Numbered from the stretch's first letter, positions 8,560-17,415 are shown. The stretch is 64,000 nt of DNA from an uncultured Candidatus Peribacteria bacterium (GCA_964508225.1 CAZDRX010000001.1:7680-71679), one strand, 5' to 3'. Notes: generated by a model from the sequence alone, not told the origin. A program made the numbers and translations.

Positions 8560-9170
8560 GTGCGCGGAGCGGGACGGATGCCCCAGATGACGAGTGCCGC
8601 GACGGTGGACCCGAGAAGGTTCGCGACCAGATCCCAGCCTGTGTTGATGTACCCGCCGACATTCGTGTCCGGAATGAGAAGCGTCGCCACGAATTCCACC
8701 ACTTCGTTGAACGCTCCGAGCCCCATGCCGGCGAGCGCACAGAGAAGCAGGATGCCGGGCGTGGGTTCTGCGCGGGGCAACGCAATCCTCACAGACTGCC
8801 AGCACACCCATGTCGCAAGCCCGAACCCGTACGCGTGCACGAGCTGGTCGTACTTGAGGAGACCGGGGATGAGCCAGAGGCTGTAGAAGACCTGCTTCGT
8901 TCCCGAGATCGGCCAGGATGCCGGAATCGGTACGAGACCTCCGATCATGTGGAGGATTCCCCAGATGCTCAAAAACCAGACGATGTTCCTCGTGAGGGTC
9001 ACTCGCCGGTCGACGATGAGCACCACCGTGCCGAGGAGGACCACGACGGCGATGTAAAAGACAAATTCCCAGTTCTGTGTTTCGAGGGCAAAGTAACCCG
9101 CGATGAGCAGGTAGACGGACGTGAAGAGCGTGACAGGACGGAGTCTCTCGGGAATGGGGAAGATGAGCAT
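8556..9170 (-). CDS. integral membrane protein, family not recognised
   Basis: ATG at 9170 (MLIFPIPERL...). About 5 hydrophobic helices. Translationally coupled to tatD. Confidence 0.6.
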   Translation of the reverse strand: MLIFPIPERLRPVTLFTSVYLLIAGYFALETQNWEFVFYIAVVVLLGTVVLIVDRRVTLTRNIVWFLSIWGILHMIGGLVPIPASWPISGTKQVFYSLWLIPGLLKYDQLVHAYGFGLATWVCWQSVRIALPRAEPTPGILLLCALAGMGLGAFNEVVEFVATLLIPDTNVGGYINTGWDLVANLLGSTVAALVIWGIRPAPRT

Positions 9171-9186
9171 GCCGAGAGTATAGCTC

Positions 9187-10275
9187 CTAGTGATCCTCAA
9201 GGAGGTGTTCGGCGAGGACGTGACCTGCGATCTCATTGCCGCGCGCGTCCCAGTGTGTGTCATTGGTGCCGTACGGCGAACGGACTTCCTGCGCTTCCCT
9301 GCGGAGCTCGTAGACGGTTTCGACGTAGTCGATCTCCCGCACATCGAGTGCCTCAGCCACAATCTGTTCCGTGCCATCGGCATCAATCCCCTGTCCACCA
9401 CGTGCCTGTTCCACGTTTCGGCGCAGAACATCGTTCACCTGCAGCTCGTCCGGGATCACGACAACGACGAATCTCGCTCCGGCCGCTTCGGCGTCGTCCC
9501 GCATCCGTGCGATGACATCGGCCGTCTCGGCAACGAGTGTCCTGAGCGTCTCCCGGCCCTCGGTCGTGAAGAGTTCTGCCCGTCGCTTCTCGATCTTCAG
9601 GAAGATATCGTCAGGGAACGTCTTGCGGCCGCGGTCGTACGCATACCGGTCCGGTTCGAAGCCCGGATTCGCGGGGGCGTAGAGCCCTCCGGCACTGCGC
9701 ACGGTGCGGATCTGATCCGGAAGACGTTTGAGTGATGCGAAGAAACGCGCGGCGTAGCTCACGCCGTGTGAGGCGCGGACCGGCACCGGGGAGCCCGAGA
9801 TTGATATCCTCGACGGGCATCTTCAAGGCACCGCTGAGCATGCCTGCCGCAATCCGATGCCAGAGCACCGGCCTCGGGACACCCCCGAAGAGAACGTAAA
9901 CGAATCGCCGATACTGACCATGCGCAGCACCCCCGGCTTCTTCGTCCGTGTGTAGGATTCCGTCCAGAAACCGTGCTCGTCCAACGGATATCCCGCATGG
10001 TAACTCCCCGGCTCCGACATATCCGGATTGAACCGCGCGATGTCATCGACACTCTGGATAAAGTCGAACTGCATGCCGCTCGTCTTGCCCCAGAGCACGA
10101 GGCGCACAGTCTCTGAGAACGGCGCAAGAAAGCGCAGAGCGATCTCGAGTGTGACAACGATGATGAAGATAGCAAGAAATATCTGACGCAGCGCCTTTCG
10201 GGAAATGCCGATGAAAAAATCCTGCAGTATCACGCGATGATTGTAGACAGGAAAAACTCCGGATGCATGCTGCAT
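9187..10275 (-). pseudogene. SGNH/GDSL-type hydrolase, reading frame interrupted (at least two shifts)
   Basis: The N-terminal part (9823..10275) has a TM segment and 'VSIGDSFTF'. The middle piece 'WHRIAAGMLSGALKMPVEDINLGLPG' is in a second frame (ORF 9611..9868). The C-terminal part (9187..9786) ends with 'GTNDTHWDARGNEIAG' (DxxH block). Confidence 0.55.
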
Positions 10276-10280
10276 CCGGA
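10251..10280 (-). terminator. hairpin plus T-run downstream of tRNA-Ile
   Basis: TCCGGATGCA-tgc-TGCATCCGGA (10-bp stem), followed on the minus strand by GTTTTTC. Confidence 0.6.
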
Positions 10281-10282
10281 AG

Positions 10283-10356
10283 TGGAGACGAAGGGACTTG
10301 AACCCTCAACCTTGGGATTATAAGCCCCGCGCTCTGACCAATTGAGCTACGTCCCC
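10283..10356 (-). tRNA. tRNA-Ile (anticodon UAU), no encoded CCA
   Basis: GGGGACG acceptor, D-arm GCTC/GAGC, anticodon loop CTTATAA (T33, A37), T-arm GAGGG-TTCAAGT-CCCTT. After discriminator A the sequence is CTT, not CCA. Confidence 0.8.
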
Positions 10357-10387
10357 CGTTCTTCTGCACGGTGCAGAAGGTAAAAAT

Positions 10388-10415
10388 ATTATAATCTATT
10401 TTAGTATTTCGTCAA
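10388..10415 (-). promoter_or_regulatory. sigma70-like promoter for tRNA-Ile
   Basis: Minus strand reads TTGACG-16 nt-TATAAT. It is followed by the palindrome CTTCTGCAC-g-GTGCAGAAG (10361-10379) in the short leader. Confidence 0.55.
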
Positions 10416-10422
10416 TAATTAC

Positions 10423-10498
10423 TGGTGGGTCGGGCGGGGCTCGAACCCGCGACCAATGCCTTAAAAGGGCACTGCTCTACCAACTGAGCTACCGACCC
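10423..10498 (-). tRNA. tRNA-Lys (anticodon UUU), CCA encoded
   Basis: Anticodon arm GTGCC-CTTTTAA-GGCAT, T-arm CGGGTTCGAGCCCCG, acceptor GGGTCGG/CCGACCC. Confidence 0.9.
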
Positions 10499-10576
10499 CA
10501 AGAGATGAAGACTGTGGAAAGAACAGAAGTGAACCGAGCAGATTTTCTCTGACGCCTCGCGCAAGCGCTCGGCGGT

Positions 10577-10594
10577 CAACTGAGCTACCGACCC
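10577..10594 (-). repeat. exact 18-nt copy of the tRNA-Lys 5' end
   Basis: CAACTGAGCTACCGACCC occurs at 10481-10498 (inside tRNA-Lys) and again at 10577-10594. The second copy is not followed by the rest of a tRNA. Confidence 0.8.
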
Positions 10595-10628
10595 GCTGGT
10601 ACCGGCGATTATGGAGGAAGAATCGTAA

Positions 10629-11198
10629 ATGCAGAAGGGAATGTACAATCCCTCTATAGCAACCTTCTTCATCTTCCATGGCACAGGAGGAACTCCGGAA
10701 GGAAACTGGTTTCCGTGGTTGAAAGCAGAGCTGCAATCACAAGGTCACACGGTGATCACGCCCGCGTTTCCCGATGCCGAGCATCCCGATCTGAAGACAT
10801 GGATGGCACAGCTTGAACGTGAACAGCGAATCACCGGGGATGCGATCCTCATCGGGCACAGTCTCGGCGGCACGCTGATACTGCGGATCCTTGAAACGCT
10901 CAAGATCGCTGTACACGGATGCGTGCTCGTTGCGCCCGTTTCGGAACCAATGAGCAACGACTTCGATCCGCTCGTCGCGACATTCATTGATCATCCGTTC
11001 GATTGGGCAAAGATACGGAGCAACGGCGGAAGAATGACGATCCTCCATAGCGACAATGATCCGTACGTTCCCCTCTCGCATGCACGCACGCTTGCCGATC
11101 ACACCGGAGCCTCGCTCAACGTCATTGCAGGAGGAAAACACCTGAACCGTAGCGCGGGATTCACGACGTTCCCGCTCCTCAGAGACTTGATTCAGTAA
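10629..11198 (+). CDS. alpha/beta hydrolase, YdeN/RBBP9-like serine hydrolase
   Basis: 'FIFHGTGGTPEGNWFPWLKAEL' and nucleophile elbow 'GHSLGG'. Length about 185 aa, as in that family. Confidence 0.75.
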   Translation: MQKGMYNPSIATFFIFHGTGGTPEGNWFPWLKAELQSQGHTVITPAFPDAEHPDLKTWMAQLEREQRITGDAILIGHSLGGTLILRILETLKIAVHGCVLVAPVSEPMSNDFDPLVATFIDHPFDWAKIRSNGGRMTILHSDNDPYVPLSHARTLADHTGASLNVIAGGKHLNRSAGFTTFPLLRDLIQ

Positions 11199-11237
11199 TC
11201 CTACGGACTCCTTCCGAGGCGTGTATCCTAACGCAGC

Positions 11238-12338
11238 ATGAAGATCGCCCTCGTCCACGAACTCCTGACCATGCGCGGCGGTGCCGAGCGTGTGCTCCGC
11301 ATCCTCGCGGACATGTTTCCGGATGCACCGATCTATACGCTCCTCTATGACGAGAAGAAGCTCGGGGACTGGTTCCCGCGGAGTCGCGTACGGACGAGCA
11401 CGATCAATCCGGTCTTCGGATTCAATCATCATTTCTATCTGAAGAAGTTTCCGCGCGCCGTGGAGGCGTGGGACTTCTCGGAGTTTGATCTCGTGCTCTC
11501 GACCTCATCGGCGTTCGTGCACGGCATCATCACGAACAGTGCGCCCAAGCATCTGTGTTACGTCCACTCCCCTGCCCGTTACCTCTGGGACCGCACACAC
11601 GATGTCGTGCGCGAAGCCTCCAAGGGAATGTTCGGAGGCTTCAAAAAGTGGTATCTGCAGCGCACGTTTCATCCACTCAGAATCTGGGATGCGGAAGCCG
11701 CAGACCGGCCGGACATGCTGCTCGCTGCCTCCAAGACCGTGCAGCGCAGGATCGAGCTCTACTGGAGGAAGAAGAGCACGGTCGTGTATCCGCCGATCGA
11801 TGACACATGGTTCGTGCCACGGACACCGGTCAAGATGCAGCATCCCGACTACTTCCTCATCGTCTCGTCCCTCGTGCGTTACAAGAGGATCGACCTCGCG
11901 ATCGAAGCCTGCAACCGTCTTGGCGTGCGTCTGAAGATCGTGGGAGAAGGCCCCGACCGCACACGCCTCGAAGCTCTCGCAGGCCCGACGGTGGAATTCT
12001 ACGGATGGCGGCAGGGCGATGAAGTCGCGGATCTTCTGGCGCAGGCGAAGGCAACGATCTTCGCGGGTGACGAAGACTTCGGACTCGTACCGGTGGAATC
12101 AATGGCAGTGGGAACTCCCGTGATCGCGTACCGTTCGGGTGGCGCACTGGAGACGATCATTGAAGGAGTCACCGGAGAGTTCTTCGATGAAGCGACACCG
12201 GAATCACTGCAGAAGGTTCTGGAGAACTTTGATCAAAAAAAGTATCCAAAAGATGCGCTCATCACACAGGCCAAGAAATTCTCCCGTGCGGAGTTTGAGA
12301 AGAATATCCGTCAAGAAATCGCTCTGATGATGGGATAG
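11238..12338 (+). CDS. glycosyltransferase family 4 (GT-B)
   Basis: 'MKIALVHELLTMRGGAERV' N-terminus and a C-terminal 'EDFGLVPVESMAVGTPVIA' (EX7E region). Confidence 0.85.
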   Translation: MKIALVHELLTMRGGAERVLRILADMFPDAPIYTLLYDEKKLGDWFPRSRVRTSTINPVFGFNHHFYLKKFPRAVEAWDFSEFDLVLSTSSAFVHGIITNSAPKHLCYVHSPARYLWDRTHDVVREASKGMFGGFKKWYLQRTFHPLRIWDAEAADRPDMLLAASKTVQRRIELYWRKKSTVVYPPIDDTWFVPRTPVKMQHPDYFLIVSSLVRYKRIDLAIEACNRLGVRLKIVGEGPDRTRLEALAGPTVEFYGWRQGDEVADLLAQAKATIFAGDEDFGLVPVESMAVGTPVIAYRSGGALETIIEGVTGEFFDEATPESLQKVLENFDQKKYPKDALITQAKKFSRAEFEKNIRQEIALMMG

Positions 12339-12426
12339 CGCGCTCCGGAAACTCACACCGAAGATTGCGCGTGCTGTCCGAGCCGGACTTGCAGGGCCGG
12401 CGAGTTCACGCGCACAAGTTTTCTTG

Positions 12427-12456
12427 GTTACTTCTTTGGCGATCCAAAGAAGTAAC
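12427..12456. terminator. perfect 13-bp inverted repeat between convergent genes
   Basis: GTTACTTCTTTGG-cgat-CCAAAGAAGTAAC. No strong T-run on either side, so its function as a terminator is inferred only. Confidence 0.4.
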
Positions 12457-12467
12457 AATTCGTCATC

Positions 12468-13505
12468 CTAGAACAATGTCTGATTCCCCTCCGGCATCTT
12501 CATGCCAAGGAGTTCGTAGGCGAGCTTCGTAGCGGCGCGCCCCTTCGGCGTCCTCTGGAGGTAGCCGCACTGAATCAGGTACGGCTCGTAGACATCCTCG
12601 AGTGTCTCCTCTTCCTCCGAGAGTGCAGCGGCCAGCGAGCCGAGTCCGACCGGTCCCCCGCCAAACTTCTCCGCAATCGTCAGGAGAATGAGGCGGTCGG
12701 TGGAATCGAGACCCTTGTCATCGATGCCGAGAAGCTGAAGCGTGCTCTTCACGCGCGCAGCCGAGACCGTGCCTTCGTCATTCACCTGCGCGAAGTCGCG
12801 GATGGAGCGCACGAGACGGTTGGCGATACGCGGGGTGGCGCGTGCGGCGCGTGCGACGAGGTCGGCGGCGGTACTGTCGATCGGGAGCGAGAGGATGCCC
12901 GCCGTACGCTGGACGATCTTGCAGACTTCCGCAGGCGTATAGAAGGAGAGCTTGAAGTTGTGGATGAAGCGGTCACGGAGCGGCATGCTCACGGCACCCG
13001 CTTTCGTCGTGGCACCCACAAGTGTGAACGGCTGCAGATCGATACGCATGGATCTGGCGGACGGCCCCTTGCCGATGACGAGATCGAGCGCGTAGTCCTC
13101 CATCGCCGAGTAGAGCACTTCCTCGATGGCGGGACGGAGGCGGTGGATTTCATCGATAAAGAGGATGTCGCCGGCCTGCAGGTTCGTGAGGAGGGACGCG
13201 AGATCACCCGCCTTCTCGATGGCGGGACCGGACGTGACACGCACCTGTGCACCCATTTCTTTCGCGAGGATGAACGCGAGGGTCGTCTTCCCGAGTCCCG
13301 GAGGACCGTGGAGAATCGTGTGCCCGAGCGGCTCACTGCGCTTCTTCGCCGCCTGAAGATAGACCGTGAGGTGCGCCTTGATGTCTGATTGTCCGATGTA
13401 TTCTTCCAGCGAAGAAGGCCGGAGCGTGATGTCCGCCTGATCATCCGCAGCCGCAGGCAGCACGTCCACTGCTTCCTCGGCCCGCTTGCGTCTCTCAATC
13501 GCCAT
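12468..13505 (-). CDS. ruvB: Holliday junction helicase RuvB
   Basis: 'LRPSSLEEYIGQ', Walker A 'GPPGLGKTT', 'IDEIHRL'. ATG at 13505 lies 9 nt after a TATACT box. Confidence 0.92.
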   Translation of the reverse strand: MAIERRKRAEEAVDVLPAAADDQADITLRPSSLEEYIGQSDIKAHLTVYLQAAKKRSEPLGHTILHGPPGLGKTTLAFILAKEMGAQVRVTSGPAIEKAGDLASLLTNLQAGDILFIDEIHRLRPAIEEVLYSAMEDYALDLVIGKGPSARSMRIDLQPFTLVGATTKAGAVSMPLRDRFIHNFKLSFYTPAEVCKIVQRTAGILSLPIDSTAADLVARAARATPRIANRLVRSIRDFAQVNDEGTVSAARVKSTLQLLGIDDKGLDSTDRLILLTIAEKFGGGPVGLGSLAAALSEEEETLEDVYEPYLIQCGYLQRTPKGRAATKLAYELLGMKMPEGNQTLF

Positions 13506-13595
13506 ACAGAGGAGAGTATACGAAAGTCCACCTGCAAGCGGAAGCGGAAAGTCACCCTGTTCACGGCGGAGGCAGAGAGCCCTACAATCGGATCC

Positions 13596-15659
13596 GTGTT
13601 CACACTTGAACCGACATCGGTCGCACTCATCGGAGCATCCGGCGAGGAAAAGAAACTCGGCCACTACATTCTCACCAATCTCCTCGGCGGTTTCCGCGGA
13701 GAGATCTTCCCCGTGAATCCGAAGCATGACGAGCTCCTCGGCAAGAAGTGCTTCAAGACCGTCGCGGACATCCCCGGATTGATCGACATGGCCGTGATCG
13801 TGACACCGGCGGCGACCGTAGCGGCACTCGCAGAGGAATGCGGAAAGAAGAAGGTGAAGACACTCGTCGTGATCTCGGCGGGCTTCGGGGAACTGGGCAA
13901 TGACGAAGGTCACGCGCGCGAGAAGGAACTCACGGTGATCGCGGAGAAATACGGGATGAGTGTGGTGGGTCCGAACTGTCTCGGCGTGCTTCGGCCTTCC
14001 ATCGGACTCAATGCATCGTTCGCCGATACACCCGAAGCTGCCGGTGACATCGCACTCATCAGTCAGTCGGGTGCGATGGCCGTCGCGCTCCTCGACGAAG
14101 CTGCAGGCAAGAAGCTCGGCTTTTCGCTCGTGGTGAGCATCGGCAACAAAGCCGATCTCGCGGAGAGTGACTTCCTCGAGGTCGCGGGCGCCGATCCGAA
14201 GACGAGGGTGATCGGTCTCTACCTCGAGAGCGTGAAGGACGGTGCGCGATTCATGGAAACCGCGGAGCGCGTGGGAAAGAAGAAGCCGATCGTGCTCATC
14301 AAGGCCGGTATGTCCGTACGCGGCGCACGCGCAGTGTCGTCACACACCGGCGCGCTCGCCGGCTCAGGTGCCGCTCTGGAAGCGGCTTGCCGCGCTTCAG
14401 GCATCCACCTCGCATCGACCACGCAGGAATTCCTCGCGATGCTCACGAGCCTGAGGGTGTCCGCACCGCTCGTGAGCAGGAAGATCGCCGTCCTCACGAA
14501 TGCCGGAGGTCCGGGTGTGCTCGCCACCGATGCAACGGAGATCGCAGGACTCGAGCTGGCCGAGCTCGAAAAGCGCACCGTGGAACGGTTGAAGAAAGCA
14601 TTGCCGCAAGCCGCGAGCACCGCGAATCCCGTCGATGTTCTCGGTGACACGCTCGCGGACAGGTACGCAGAAGCTCTGGATGCTGTGGCAGATGACGGCG
14701 AAGTGGACGGCATCGTGTGCCTGCTCACGCCGCAGGTGATGACACCGTGTGACGAGATCGCAAAAGCCGTGATCGCCACAGTGAAATCGCATCCTCTCCT
14801 TCCAGTCACCACGGCGTTCATGGGCGGCTCTCATGTCGAGAGCGCACGTAATCTCCTGCGCGAAAGCGGTATCCCATCGTTCGGCACTCCTGAGGAAGCT
14901 GTCCGTGCCCTTGCGATGCTGCGCCCGATGCCGGAGAAACCGCCATGCAGATCAGGAGACCGTGATGATGACCGCACGGCTGCCGCAGTGCAGCTCCTGA
15001 AGAAACGGAAGGGGCTTCTCTCCGAGGAAGTGACCGAAGAACTGTTCGCGCTCTACGACCTGCCCGTCCCCGAGCAGGCGGTGGCGCGCAGTGCGGAAGA
15101 TGCCGTGAGCATCGCGGAATCCGTCGGCTATCCCGTGATCGCGAAGGTGAGCTCGCCGCAGATTCTCCACAAGACGGACGTGGGTGGTGTGCGCACGAAT
15201 CTGAAAGACGCGGCAGCGGTGAAGAAGGCGTACGCGGAGATTCTGAAGAACTGCGGCAAGAATATGCCGACCGCAGCAATCGGCGGCGTCCTCATCCAGC
15301 AGTTCCTCCCCGTCGGCAGCGAGTTCATCGTCGGCGCTCTCAGAGATCCGACGTTCGGGCCGCTCGTCATGGTGGGTCTCGGCGGCATCTATACGGAACT
15401 CTTCCGCGATACACGGTTTGCCGTCGCTCCCGTTTCCTCGGAGGAAGCGTACGACATGCTCACATCGCTCCAGTCGTGGAAGCTGCTGACCGGCATGCGC
15501 GGCCAAGCCGCCCTCGATATCGATGCACTCGCGCAGACCGTCCAGAGCGTCTCGGAGATCATCGCAGACTGTCCTGCCATCACCGAAATCGACCTGAATC
15601 CGGTTCTTGTGCGGGAAAAAGGCCTCATGGTGGCCGACGCAAAGGTGGTGACGGCGTAG
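13596..15659 (+). CDS. ADP-forming acetyl-CoA synthetase (acetate--CoA ligase, CoA-binding plus ATP-grasp fusion)
   Basis: 'SVALIGAS...FPVNPK' CoA-binding region, succinyl-CoA-ligase-like middle, and a C-terminal ATP-grasp ('GYPVIAKVSSPQILHKTDVGGV'). GTG at 13596 is chosen because TACAAT lies 7 nt upstream and ruvB occupies the sequence up to 13505. Confidence 0.8.
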   Translation: MFTLEPTSVALIGASGEEKKLGHYILTNLLGGFRGEIFPVNPKHDELLGKKCFKTVADIPGLIDMAVIVTPAATVAALAEECGKKKVKTLVVISAGFGELGNDEGHAREKELTVIAEKYGMSVVGPNCLGVLRPSIGLNASFADTPEAAGDIALISQSGAMAVALLDEAAGKKLGFSLVVSIGNKADLAESDFLEVAGADPKTRVIGLYLESVKDGARFMETAERVGKKKPIVLIKAGMSVRGARAVSSHTGALAGSGAALEAACRASGIHLASTTQEFLAMLTSLRVSAPLVSRKIAVLTNAGGPGVLATDATEIAGLELAELEKRTVERLKKALPQAASTANPVDVLGDTLADRYAEALDAVADDGEVDGIVCLLTPQVMTPCDEIAKAVIATVKSHPLLPVTTAFMGGSHVESARNLLRESGIPSFGTPEEAVRALAMLRPMPEKPPCRSGDRDDDRTAAAVQLLKKRKGLLSEEVTEELFALYDLPVPEQAVARSAEDAVSIAESVGYPVIAKVSSPQILHKTDVGGVRTNLKDAAAVKKAYAEILKNCGKNMPTAAIGGVLIQQFLPVGSEFIVGALRDPTFGPLVMVGLGGIYTELFRDTRFAVAPVSSEEAYDMLTSLQSWKLLTGMRGQAALDIDALAQTVQSVSEIIADCPAITEIDLNPVLVREKGLMVADAKVVTA

Positions 15660-15677
15660 GAACCCCTGAAGTTGGGT

Positions 15678-15706
15678 TTGAATAAATTGTTTCAAAATGC
15701 TATAAT
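15678..15706 (+). promoter_or_regulatory. near-consensus sigma70-like promoter
   Basis: TTGAAT-17 nt-TATAAT, 30 nt upstream of the ATG at 15737. Confidence 0.55.
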
Positions 15707-15736
15707 GTAAAGATTTATAAACAAACAACCCTCCTC

Positions 15737-16219
15737 ATGAAGAAGCCTTCCCTTCTCCGCGCCAGCCTGAGTATCGCCTCGGGTCTCGCACTCTGTCTGG
15801 TCTCCGGCACCGCAGTCGCGGACGGATTGCAGGGACAATTCAAGACGCGCATGCCGATCTCCGCGGGAAAAGTGGAGACCGTCTCGCGCCATCAGAAGAA
15901 GGCTGCACACGGTGGACCGATCTACCGTGCTCCGACGACGGATGCAGAGATCATCGGCATCATCATCCGCAGGAACCACCGCGCCACAAGGCGTCGCGAG
16001 AAGTGGTTCGGTGTCGGCTCTGAAGTGACACCCGAAGCAAAGGCGGAAAAAATCTCTCCGGTGAACTCCGGCAATCAGGCGGACAAAGCGAAACTCATCA
16101 AGCGCGGCAATCAGTCGCTGCCGAGCAAGTGCATGAATCTCCACACACATGACCGTGCGGTCTGTCTCTACGAGTCACAGCTGCAGAAGATGGTGCGCCT
16201 CGAAGTGAGCGTTCGCTAA
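15737..16219 (+). CDS. secreted hypothetical protein
   Basis: Signal-like 'MKKPSLLRASLSIASGLALCLVSGTAVA'. Basic, with no recognised domain. Confidence 0.55.
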   Translation: MKKPSLLRASLSIASGLALCLVSGTAVADGLQGQFKTRMPISAGKVETVSRHQKKAAHGGPIYRAPTTDAEIIGIIIRRNHRATRRREKWFGVGSEVTPEAKAEKISPVNSGNQADKAKLIKRGNQSLPSKCMNLHTHDRAVCLYESQLQKMVRLEVSVR

Positions 16220-16261
16220 AAGGAGACTGTCGAACCTGCACGTGTTTGCTACACTCGGGGG

Positions 16262-16918
16262 GTGCGCGGAAACACCGTCATCACAGGAGTGATCATCATG
16301 CTCATCGCGGGAGGACTCTTTGGTGCGGATTTTGTGCTGATGGAACTCCCGCGACAGCAGGCGCTGCAGGCTGGTGACAACAACGTGCCGGCAGTTCCCG
16401 CGGGATCGTCCGGATCCGTCGCAAGCACCGGCGTGTCCGTCTCGTCCTCTTCCTCCTCGAAACGCGTCGTGAAGAAGGGCACTTCGACCAAGAAGAAAGC
16501 GGGTATCGATGTCGGGGCAGTCTTCAGCCAGCTCCAGCTCATCACCCAGCAGACGGATGAAACCGGATTCCTCACCTTCGTGATGAGAGATCCATCCTCT
16601 GTGAAGACGTGGGTGCTGCTCAGGAACAACGACCGCGCGTACCTCTTCTCGTGGGTCGACTCTCCTGACGCGAAACCCATCTTCGGCAGCCTCAAACAGG
16701 CACTCTCGGAACAGTTCTCCGGCAAGCTCACGGACCTGATCGACGAAACGCGCACGCCCGAAGGAGGTCCTCCCGTGGATATCCTCTCCTTCTTTGACCC
16801 CACCCTCAGCCCGGAGAAGATTGTCTTCCTGCGCGTCCGGACCCGTCTGTACGAGATCCACGCGGCGAAGAACGGTGAAGAGACGCTGGACGCCCTCGTG
16901 ACGAACCTGAGCAAGTGA
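16262..16918 (+). CDS. membrane-anchored hypothetical protein
   Basis: GTG start, N-terminal TM 'VITGVIIMLIAGGLFGADFVL', Ser-rich linker, about 140-aa C-terminal domain. No family recognised. Confidence 0.55.
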   Translation: MRGNTVITGVIIMLIAGGLFGADFVLMELPRQQALQAGDNNVPAVPAGSSGSVASTGVSVSSSSSSKRVVKKGTSTKKKAGIDVGAVFSQLQLITQQTDETGFLTFVMRDPSSVKTWVLLRNNDRAYLFSWVDSPDAKPIFGSLKQALSEQFSGKLTDLIDETRTPEGGPPVDILSFFDPTLSPEKIVFLRVRTRLYEIHAAKNGEETLDALVTNLSK

Positions 16919-16927
16919 AAACAAGGA

Positions 16928-16956
16928 TTGACGACAGACCCGTTGATCTTTAAAGT
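16928..16956 (+). promoter_or_regulatory. promoter of rplK (very short or absent leader)
   Basis: TTGACG-17 nt-TAAAGT ends 9 nt before the rplK ATG (16966). Confidence 0.5.
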
Positions 16957-16965
16957 ACGCGGGCT

Positions 16966-17415
16966 ATGGCAAAGAAGATCATGAAAGTCATCAAAGTGCA
17001 GTCACGCGGTGGACAGGCCAATCCGGCTCCGCCACTCGGTCCTGTGCTCGGACAGGCCGGTATCAACATCCAGCAGTTCTGTCTGCAGTTCAACGACAAG
17101 ACGAAGGGGCAGATGGGACAGGTCATTCCGGCAGAGATCACGATCTACGAAGACCGCAGTTTCACGTTCATCCTGAAGCAGCCGCCCGCCGCGTTCCTCA
17201 TCCTTCAGAAAATCGGAAAGGAGAAGGGTTCCGGCAAGCCGAACAAGGAGAAGATCGGTTCCATCAAGATGTCGCAGCTGAAAGAAGTCGCGAAGGCGAA
17301 GATGCCCGACCTGAACACGACGGATCTGGATTCCGCCACGAGCATGATGGCCGGAACCGCCAAGAACATGGGGCTCACGATCGAGGACGATCTCGGAGCA
17401 AAGAAAGCAGCCTGA
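16966..17415 (+). CDS. rplK: 50S ribosomal protein L11
   Basis: 'GGQANPAPPLGPVLGQAGINIQQFCLQFN' is the canonical L11 sequence. Confidence 0.97.
   Translation: MAKKIMKVIKVQSRGGQANPAPPLGPVLGQAGINIQQFCLQFNDKTKGQMGQVIPAEITIYEDRSFTFILKQPPAAFLILQKIGKEKGSGKPNKEKIGSIKMSQLKEVAKAKMPDLNTTDLDSATSMMAGTAKNMGLTIEDDLGAKKAA

Noticed and set aside
12204-12458. An 84-aa minus-strand ORF in the GT4/ruvB intergenic region.
   Set aside because: It overlaps the 3' end of the GT4 gene antisense. Its N-terminus is simply the translation of the 13-bp inverted repeat (terminator-like hairpin). It has no coding features.
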